This document shows positions 1 to 7,458 of a stretch of DNA of 63,208 nucleotides, one piece after another; within the stretch, counting starts at the first letter, position 1; every line of letters starts with the position of its first letter. The stretch is from IMG/VR virus record IMGVR_UViG_3300031134_000612, one strand, 5' to 3'. Under the pieces are notes generated by a model. That model was not told where the DNA came from. It worked only from the letters and a program-made list of their open reading frames with translations, and made no database searches. The DNA comes from a virus. Its lineage: Duplodnaviria > Heunggongvirae > Uroviricota > Caudoviricetes. The translations under genes were made by a program, and so were the position numbers.

Positions 1-111
1 TGTAGAGCACTATAGTAACATAATCCCAAGTGTTTTCAAAGTCTTTTTTCGAAAAAGATTGACTATATTCAAACAATGTTGTATTTTATAAGCCTAATTA
101 TGAGGTTTGTT

Positions 112-1200
112 ATGGATGGAAAAATAGTTTTTTGTAAAGATGGTATATTGAGATTTTGCTCAGATGTCGATCAAAAACGTCTTGTCCCTTTGATTGCTAT
201 TCAAAAAGCACTTAATCTTGATGGATACAAATTCTTTATCCAGAATGTGAAAAAAACCATTTTACTGGAAAAGGGCACTACACTGGGTTCATTTATGATA
301 TGTTTAGAGCCGTGGGCAGAAGCCGCTGGTGATATTCTTGATATGGATGTTATCGCCTATGTGAAAGAAGCTCGAAAACCATCAGAAGCGGTTAATGCTT
401 TTGATCGTATAGAAGTGCGTCGTTCTATGTCAATCAGCCGAGAAGTGACTTTTGGTGATCGTGATGAAGGAATGGATATCCTTGAATGGCTTAACACCAA
501 GAAAGAACCTGAATATCTAGATTTCTTCGATCTTGAATCATCCTTTGATATTAATGGATTTGTAAACGGTGACGCTAGCAACTATTCAATGTCGATGACC
601 AGTATAGATGAACTTAAAAACGTACCATTAATTATTAACCGTTCTATTGTTCTAATGGAATTTGAATCACGTAAAGGTGATGAAAAAGGTCTTGTGCTCA
701 ATAAAGAGACACAAGGTGTCAAACATTATGACTATATCAACTACATTGAAAGTTCAAAAGAAGATTATATAACGTTGCTTGAAATCATGCAAGCGGTATT
801 CAGTGATGGTCTTTGGAGTTATTCACCACAAAGTGCAGCCAATCAAAAAGAAATGCTTCTTGAGTCTATTGAACAACTTGATGCACAACGTGAAGAAAGC
901 AAAAAAGAACAAGAAGATCCGAAGCCAAAACTAAAAGTAGTTACCTCTGATGGTGAACGTGTTGATGATGAAGACAATCAAGACGATGAAGATGAAAAGC
1001 AAATGAAAGTTGAAATTGCTGATGGAGCATTTAGCTCAATTGCTACACATTATGAAAGAGAAGGTCAAGAATGGGAATACATTACCAGTCTCGTTGATAA
1101 GAGCAATCTCATGATTGGTGTAATTGATGAAGATCCAGTTCCAGATCGTCGTCTACGTGGTTGTTTACTGGATGAACCGCCTAAACCAAGAGAGTATTAA
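112..1200 (+). CDS. Hypothetical protein with acidic C-terminal region
   Basis: Long ORF; ATG at 112 follows a GAGG RBS (ORF track starts at 76); followed by a terminator. Confidence 0.75.
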   Translation: MDGKIVFCKDGILRFCSDVDQKRLVPLIAIQKALNLDGYKFFIQNVKKTILLEKGTTLGSFMICLEPWAEAAGDILDMDVIAYVKEARKPSEAVNAFDRIEVRRSMSISREVTFGDRDEGMDILEWLNTKKEPEYLDFFDLESSFDINGFVNGDASNYSMSMTSIDELKNVPLIINRSIVLMEFESRKGDEKGLVLNKETQGVKHYDYINYIESSKEDYITLLEIMQAVFSDGLWSYSPQSAANQKEMLLESIEQLDAQREESKKEQEDPKPKLKVVTSDGERVDDEDNQDDEDEKQMKVEIADGAFSSIATHYEREGQEWEYITSLVDKSNLMIGVIDEDPVPDRRLRGCLLDEPPKPREY

Positions 1201-1206
1201 AAGAAA

Positions 1207-1234
1207 AGAGCAACTAAGGTTGCTCTATTTTTTT
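1207..1234. terminator. Bidirectional intrinsic terminator
   Basis: AGAGCAAC-TAAG-GTTGCTCT hairpin with A and T tracts between convergent ORFs. Confidence 0.8.
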
Positions 1235-1660
1235 GCGTGTATGCAGTGTATACGCTGTGGCTAGCATGATGACTTCTAACAAACCTACAATCACCGCAAA
1301 AGTTTGCGAAAGTGTGCCAGCACTCGTCATGATAAATGGAATCACCAAACCAACCAACAACAAACCATGATAAAACACAAAACTAAAATCAATATGTAGA
1401 GATTCTTGGATAGATGACAATAAAGCATTTCTAAATCGTGATGATGCACCATTGATCTTCAACATGCGAAAAATCATCAATGCTGACATACCGACAAAAT
1501 AAACCGTCATCAGCAAGTAGACGCAACGAGCCAAATGATAATCATAAGCAAAATATAAAAAAGCCGAGCCGGAATAAAGACCCGCCGCCACATAACCAAG
1601 AACATCAGAAATAGGTTTTAGTTTTTTATCAAAGCTAACATTTTCTAGGTTGGTTGTCAT
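1214..1660 (-). CDS. Integral membrane protein (about 4 TM helices)
   Basis: Four hydrophobic segments; ATG at 1660 (MTTNLE) has a GGAG RBS. Confidence 0.7.
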   Translation of the reverse strand: MTTNLENVSFDKKLKPISDVLGYVAAGLYSGSAFLYFAYDYHLARCVYLLMTVYFVGMSALMIFRMLKINGASSRFRNALLSSIQESLHIDFSFVFYHGLLLVGLVIPFIMTSAGTLSQTFAVIVGLLEVIMLATAYTLHTRKKIEQP

Positions 1661-1716
1661 AATTTTCTCCATATTTATAATTATTATAGCATAACAGTCG
1701 AAAAAATGATAGCTTA

Positions 1717-2052
1717 TTAAATTTAAAAAAATGTACATTAAATGGGAAAAAATGTACGAAGAACATTATTTTTTATATGTTTCAATATTGTTACAGTTTT
1801 TCATGTTGTGGTAAATGGTATATGTAAAAAACACCTGTATAATAGAGGTTTTAACTAAAATTAATCATTAAATTGTTATATTCTTTTATATATATATTAT
1901 GAAAAAATGAAACCTGTAAAAATAAGGTATTTGTACGCCGACGTACATTTTTCCGTTAAAATTAAAAATAATTGTCCTACAATAATACCATTCAACGACA
2001 ATACCACATAAATAAAATACTATTTAACGTACATTTTTTGAAATTTTTAATT
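1717..2052. repeat. Intergenic segment with about 30-bp imperfect terminal inverted repeats and four AAAAATGTAC boxes
   Basis: ATTAAATTTAAAAAAATGTACATTAAATGG near 1717-1745 versus the reverse complement of about 2022-2052; extra boxes near 1747 (+) and 1943 (-). Confidence 0.6.
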
Positions 2053-2124
2053 ATTATAATATGACAAAACTGTCATTATTCCGTACTAACTCTATCGGTA
2101 TTGATTTTATGCTTTTTTTAAGCA

Positions 2125-2255
2125 ATAAAAAACCCACCAAGATGGTGGGGATAGTCTCCAATCTGAAAGTCAGATGAATTTTTCTGTAATGTGATATAAG
2201 TTCGCGGATTCAGTCGATATGAGAAACTGCCACTATGCTTTTTTTTGTATATCAC
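2125..2255 (-). ncRNA. Candidate small RNA
   Basis: TTGACT (2289-2284) and TATATT promoter-like pair, no ORF, internal TCTGA-CTT-TCAGA hairpin, CCCACC-ATCTT-GGTGGG-T6 terminator. Confidence 0.4.
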
Positions 2256-2356
2256 AATATCAATATAGATATAATAAAATAAAAGTCAATAGTTAAAATA
2301 ATAATTGAATAAAAAATAATTTAATGTATAATTTGAAGATTACGTGAGGTGCTAAA

Positions 2357-3148
2357 ATGTGGCTTATACAAAACAATTTAAATTTTGAAGTCGGAATTGA
2401 CAACATAAAAACAATATTGAAAAACAACAATATTGAAGTCGTTGAAATTGATATTTATAAAGATGATGAAAACTTATATATCAAAGACACCTTTGAAAAG
2501 TTTGAGCCTATCGACACTTCAAATATCTTTGTTTTAGGTTCATACAGACTATCCAGAATGGCAACAAAACGTGGTTTGTATCCGGGTTCTTTTTCAAACG
2601 ACAACTTTAACTATGCCAGTTGGACACAAAATTGGACAAAAGAAAACATGTTGAATGGTGACTACCTTAAACAAAAGGTAACAGAACTTCAAATCCCTGA
2701 TCATTGGGAAGCGGTGTTTGCTCGCCCACTTGAAGATGATAAATTAATTACAGGTGGTTTATTTAAAAAAGAAGACTTGTTGATGGCTCTGGAAACAAAA
2801 GTCACCGATAAGCATAAAGATAAATATTTAATCTTGTCAGAACCTAAAACCATCTTGGCTGAGTATCGTTTCTTTGTTGTTGATAATAAGGTGATAACAG
2901 GCAGCTTATATAAAATACGTGGACAATTGATTACTTCTGATTCGATTGATCAAGAAGCATTGGTCTATGCTCAGAAAATGGTCGATTTATGGACGCCAAG
3001 TGCTGCGTTTGTGATTGACATTGCTTTAACAGATAAAGGCCCAAAAATCATTGAAGTCAATAACATCAGTTCGGCGGGTCTATATAAGTCGGATGTGTCA
3101 AAACTCGTCTTTGCAATGGAAGATTTACTAAAGAAAATTCAATCTTAA
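2357..3148 (+). CDS. ATP-grasp domain protein (DUF4343/R2K-like)
   Basis: EYRFFVVDNKVITGSLY and FVIDIA...KIIEVNNISSAGLY ATP-grasp motifs. Confidence 0.8.
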   Translation: MWLIQNNLNFEVGIDNIKTILKNNNIEVVEIDIYKDDENLYIKDTFEKFEPIDTSNIFVLGSYRLSRMATKRGLYPGSFSNDNFNYASWTQNWTKENMLNGDYLKQKVTELQIPDHWEAVFARPLEDDKLITGGLFKKEDLLMALETKVTDKHKDKYLILSEPKTILAEYRFFVVDNKVITGSLYKIRGQLITSDSIDQEALVYAQKMVDLWTPSAAFVIDIALTDKGPKIIEVNNISSAGLYKSDVSKLVFAMEDLLKKIQS

Positions 3149-3225
3149 ATATTATTTTAAATTTCAAAGCTTGATAAATCCTTACTTGGTGTTATAGTAA
3201 TACGAATTAACATCAAGGGGATATA

Positions 3226-4083
3226 ATGAATAAGAAATTAGTATTAGGCGTAGCATTATTAAGTGCATTAGCATTTAACGTCCAAGCAGAAACAGAAAAA
3301 ACAGAAAAAGAACCACTAGATTTTACAAAGCTTTCCGCACAAGACAAAGAAGCTATTGGTAAAATAGCCAAAGATTATCTCGTCGCTAACCCAGAAGTGT
3401 TGATTGAAATGTCAAATGGTTTAAAAGCCAAACAAGAAGAAGCACAAGCAGCTCAATTAGTTGAAAACACTAAAATTGCCATTGCGATGCAAGAACAGAT
3501 CTTGAATGATAAAGACACTCCATTCATTGGCCCTGAAAATGCCAAGATCGCTATTGTTGAATTCTTCGACTACAACTGCGTTTATTGCTCACGAGTAGCA
3601 CCAGAACTCAAAGTTATAATGAAAAACAACCCAGACATTAAGTTTGTGTTCAAAGAAATGCCTATTTTTGAAAATAGATTCCCAACATCTAAACTAGCTG
3701 CACAAGTTGCTAACAAAGTATTCCAAGAGAAAGGCAGTGAAGCATACTTGAAGTTCCACGATGCTGTTTATGAAACCAAACATTTTGAAGGTGATTTGAC
3801 AGTTGCTGATGTTGAAAAAGCCGCTAAATCAGTAGGTGTTTCAGCGAAAGTTAAACCAGATGACTTTACAGATAAAATTAGCAAGAATATGAAATTGTCT
3901 GAGAAGTTAGGTATTCATGGCACACCATCCTTTATCTTTATGCCAACCAGCAATCAAAATCCTGATAACACCTTGATTATGATGCAAGCAGCCAGTAAAG
4001 AACAGTTACAAGATATCATCAATCAGTTAAGATCTAAAATTGGTGACGGAGAAGTGGTTGCGGAAACACCAGCCAAGAAATAA
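3226..4083 (+). CDS. Periplasmic DsbA-family thiol-disulfide oxidoreductase, Com1/ScsC type
   Basis: Signal peptide; helical DYLVANPEVLIE segment; FFDYNCVYC (CxxC); GIHGTPSF cis-Pro loop. Confidence 0.9.
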   Translation: MNKKLVLGVALLSALAFNVQAETEKTEKEPLDFTKLSAQDKEAIGKIAKDYLVANPEVLIEMSNGLKAKQEEAQAAQLVENTKIAIAMQEQILNDKDTPFIGPENAKIAIVEFFDYNCVYCSRVAPELKVIMKNNPDIKFVFKEMPIFENRFPTSKLAAQVANKVFQEKGSEAYLKFHDAVYETKHFEGDLTVADVEKAAKSVGVSAKVKPDDFTDKISKNMKLSEKLGIHGTPSFIFMPTSNQNPDNTLIMMQAASKEQLQDIINQLRSKIGDGEVVAETPAKK

Positions 4084-4103
4084 TATAATAACAGTAAGAA
4101 CAG

Positions 4104-4130
4104 AAAAAGACCTGAGAAGGTCTTTTTTTT
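4104..4130. terminator. Bidirectional intrinsic terminator
   Basis: AAAAAGACCT-GAGA-AGGTCTTTTT. Confidence 0.8.
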
Positions 4131-4151
4131 ATGTTCAATTTTAATATTAAA

Positions 4152-5195
4152 TTAGATAACCGCCATCTTATAAAGTAAAACAGATTCATTCGTTAAATCA
4201 TCTGAGAATACACCAAGTTGTGAAGTCAGTCGTTCTTTAATGCGATTTTGAAGATATTCATAAATGGCTTCATATCCTGAAATATCAACAGTGTCTTGTG
4301 TATTTAAATCAACTTCCAAATATCGTATTTCATTATTTCTAAATTTAAAATAAAGCGTTATACTTAACTCAAATTCATAATTATAAGTAAAAACAACAGA
4401 ATACAAATTAGTCGGTGTTCTATATTTATGGTTAGATAAACTATAATTAAACATTAATTCATAAGCAGTCTTGCCATATTTAAGATTAGATTCAAAACGA
4501 AGCAATGATTCAATTGTTTTAACTTGGTGCATAAGATTATTGCTAAAAACTTGTTTTAATGGTGTAAAAAAATCTTTTGGCTCAAGAGCAAAATTATAAA
4601 AAAACAGACCACTTTCTTCTTTACTGTAGTAAGTAAGATCAGTATTCTTTAAATTTTCAATTCTGAGTTCATCCACTGTCTTCTTGCCTATCTCATTAAA
4701 TAACGAAAATGTCATCCCCGGTTCAATATACTTGCAGAGTTCAACAAGGTGCTCAGAATAGAGTTCTTCAAAAATAACATCGTCAATCGGTTCGTTATGT
4801 TGTAGATATTTTTTTGAAGCAAGAACCATTCTCGTTTTAGTGCATTCTGGTTCTCTTGTTATTCCAAAATGAAACACATTGCCAAAATCAATAGAAATAT
4901 ACGAATTTTTTTGAGTATCTGATTGTTCACAAACCTCAATATTTACTTGTAAATCTTTTTTTGATGCGTATTCATGATCAACATGATAACGCAAATCAAA
5001 AAGTGAGGAAATTTGTTTGATTTTTGAAACATTCTGTTTAGCACATTCAAATGTAAAGAGAGCAAGCATCATATCATAATCGCGTGAACTTCTTTCAAAC
5101 GTATAAAAGCTGAATCGTCCGTCGATTGAGATAGGTGGGGTAAAATCATAATTTTTTTTCATTTTGTCTAAAATAAAATCATAAGATAGTGTCAC
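4152..5195 (-). CDS. Hypothetical protein, C-terminal MxxI-motif family
   Basis: 347-aa ORF ending VLLYKMAVI*. Confidence 0.75.
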   Translation of the reverse strand: MTLSYDFILDKMKKNYDFTPPISIDGRFSFYTFERSSRDYDMMLALFTFECAKQNVSKIKQISSLFDLRYHVDHEYASKKDLQVNIEVCEQSDTQKNSYISIDFGNVFHFGITREPECTKTRMVLASKKYLQHNEPIDDVIFEELYSEHLVELCKYIEPGMTFSLFNEIGKKTVDELRIENLKNTDLTYYSKEESGLFFYNFALEPKDFFTPLKQVFSNNLMHQVKTIESLLRFESNLKYGKTAYELMFNYSLSNHKYRTPTNLYSVVFTYNYEFELSITLYFKFRNNEIRYLEVDLNTQDTVDISGYEAIYEYLQNRIKERLTSQLGVFSDDLTNESVLLYKMAVI

Positions 5196-5300
5196 TTTAA
5201 AATCTCCACTTATAAGAAAACATTAATATTTTATCATAAATTGAACAAAAAAGCCAACTATATTGCTATAGCTGGCTTATTGATGAAAACATCATACAGA

Positions 5301-6485
5301 TTAAGGTTTAAATTTTGGCTTCTTTACTGGAACAGGAGCTGCCATCAATTTAACATCAATAACGTTCAACCCTTTTTTACGGAAGCCTTCAATTACGCGG
5401 TCAGTGTCATCATAAACAGCAACAACACGTTCCAAACCAATGTATTTTGAAATCCAAGCAGGCTTGATAACATAATCAGGCACTCGGTTTTCTGGACTAC
5501 GCAATTTGATACGGTCATAGCATACACCATAATCTTCCATCGACTTCAATGTTTTGTCCATGATTCGATCCACGCGACCACTCATCAACCAAATTTCGAA
5601 ACCTTTCGCACGATATTCTTTGGTCAAATCAATAATGTGTTGAATCGGTGTATCCAAATGACACAAGTCAAAATAGTTGTCCCAATCTTTCACATCACGG
5701 TATTGAGAACGGTGTTTTTCGTCCAGCAAAGTGCCATCAATGTCAAATACAACGACTGGTGGCAAAACAACTTCTTTCTTACAGTCAAACACTTCACGAA
5801 CACCCTGATAATCAGTCGCATACAATTCATGCTTTTCAACTTTACGAACAGTTTCTTTCAAGTAAACACCAAATTCAGCCCACATTTTTTGCAAGGCATC
5901 TACGGGTTCACCTTCTTTACGCTGCAAGTAACCACGCAATTCTGGATAATGAGCAGCTACATCACCTTTTGTAAACAGTTCAACATTGTCTTTCAACAGA
6001 GCCAGTGTTTGCCCCAACTGAAAAGCAAAGAACTTGTAGGTTTCAACCAGTGAAGATTTTTGATAGTCAGCTACATCACGCAAGTCAATGGAAGTCAACA
6101 CATCCAATTTGAAATCCAAATCAGCCGATTGCAATGCTTTTTTGACTTCTTCACGTTTTTCAGTGCGAGAATGATACGACAACAAACCACGAACAGTTCG
6201 AATCATTTTCAACGCATATGAACGTGGCAATGCTGCAGTGATTGGGTTAGCAGCCACTTGTTCATGAAGTCCATAGGTAGCAAGGATAGAGTTGTTACAC
6301 TCATCAACAGTACCTTTATAGCACCAGTTAACCACGCCATCTTTCACGCTCAAAAGGTTGCCGTTCACGTCTTTATAAGAATCGCAAAGTTTCTTTGCTT
6401 CTTGCATAGTGAGGGGTTCTGGAATGATGATATACGCATCAATGTCCAAAGAATCTTCTGAGCCGTGTTTGATTACTGGGTACAT
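5301..6485 (-). CDS. Nucleotidyltransferase-like domain fused to a HAD phosphatase (T4 PNK 3'-phosphatase type)
   Basis: N-terminal HGSEDSLDID (GS..DxD); C-terminal VFDIDGTL, LMSGR and YDD HAD motifs; basic tail KKPKFKP. Confidence 0.7.
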   Translation of the reverse strand: MYPVIKHGSEDSLDIDAYIIIPEPLTMQEAKKLCDSYKDVNGNLLSVKDGVVNWCYKGTVDECNNSILATYGLHEQVAANPITAALPRSYALKMIRTVRGLLSYHSRTEKREEVKKALQSADLDFKLDVLTSIDLRDVADYQKSSLVETYKFFAFQLGQTLALLKDNVELFTKGDVAAHYPELRGYLQRKEGEPVDALQKMWAEFGVYLKETVRKVEKHELYATDYQGVREVFDCKKEVVLPPVVVFDIDGTLLDEKHRSQYRDVKDWDNYFDLCHLDTPIQHIIDLTKEYRAKGFEIWLMSGRVDRIMDKTLKSMEDYGVCYDRIKLRSPENRVPDYVIKPAWISKYIGLERVVAVYDDTDRVIEGFRKKGLNVIDVKLMAAPVPVKKPKFKP

Positions 6486-6598
6486 GGTTTAACTCCTTAA
6501 TTTATTTTATTATTATATCAAAAAAAGACTAAGGCGTCAACGAAAATAGAAAGACGAAGCTATTGAATTAAAGCGAATGCTACTGAAAACGAAAACCT

Positions 6599-7303
6599 TC
6601 AAAAAGTAATCATTTCCAGCATGGTCATTTCGTCTGGAGTTAAGCTTTTATTTAAATTGATACGTTCATAACCCACCAGTCGAGCTAGTTCAGGATACAT
6701 TCTTTTTAACGCATGAAATTCAATAAGGCTTTTTGGAAACTTGTCGTTATAATAGGTCACTTGCAATGGCGTCATCGTTTTATTGTTGAGCCGATATTGT
6801 GTGGCGTGCCATTTTTGTTTTTTGAAAAAATAATCTTTTGTTGTTCTAGACGATTTAACAGTCATCAGATAAGAATATTCTTTACCATCAATCATTGTAA
6901 GATCTGGAGTTTGACCATAGTGATAATAGCTTTCAATATAGGGTTTACCACTGCCATGATAACTAATAAAGGCTGGGTGATTATTTTCTCTATGATACAC
7001 TTTTTTAGAAGTTGAAAAGAAATGTTTATTGATCAGTGTGCTTCCCACACCGACTTTAACTGGGTTGCTAAACGAAATATAGATTGTGGTATCGTTAGTC
7101 TTATCGAGAAACCGATAAGTAATCCCATGCAGCGTAATCGCATGATCCACACTGTCCCTGCTTTTTAACTTTTGAAAGCCAAAGGATTCAATAAGAGAAA
7201 ATTCAGACATCTCATCTGTTGATGCATTAAAGCGAACGGTATCTTGATCAGAGTACACAATTGCTAAAAATTCTTCTTTGGTTTTAAAATTTAAAAAAGC
7301 CAT
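6599..7303 (-). CDS. Hypothetical protein, C-terminal MxxI/F-motif family
   Basis: ATG at 7303 with GGAG RBS; YHRENNHPA segment; ends MTMLEMITF*. Confidence 0.7.
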   Translation of the reverse strand: MAFLNFKTKEEFLAIVYSDQDTVRFNASTDEMSEFSLIESFGFQKLKSRDSVDHAITLHGITYRFLDKTNDTTIYISFSNPVKVGVGSTLINKHFFSTSKKVYHRENNHPAFISYHGSGKPYIESYYHYGQTPDLTMIDGKEYSYLMTVKSSRTTKDYFFKKQKWHATQYRLNNKTMTPLQVTYYNDKFPKSLIEFHALKRMYPELARLVGYERINLNKSLTPDEMTMLEMITF

Positions 7304-7392
7304 GAATACGCTCCACATTAGTAATGGCTAATAGTAACATAATACAAGAAAATAATCTATCAAAAAAAATCTTAAAAATTACATAAATGTTG

Positions 7393-7421
7393 TTGACTTA
7401 AGTGATTTATGAGAGTATTAT
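7393..7421 (+). promoter_or_regulatory. Sigma70-type promoter
   Basis: TTGACT-17 bp-TATTAT; overlaps the ORF-track start at 7402, favouring ATG 7459. Confidence 0.75.
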
Positions 7422-7458
7422 TCGATGTTACATCAATCAATTAGGAGAAATATTGAAC

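Noticed and set aside
2160-2240. tRNA-like reading of the GCATAGTGGCAG-containing segment
   Set aside because: No T-loop (TTCRA) arm, acceptor stem or CCA could be built. No convincing tRNA was seen anywhere in the window.
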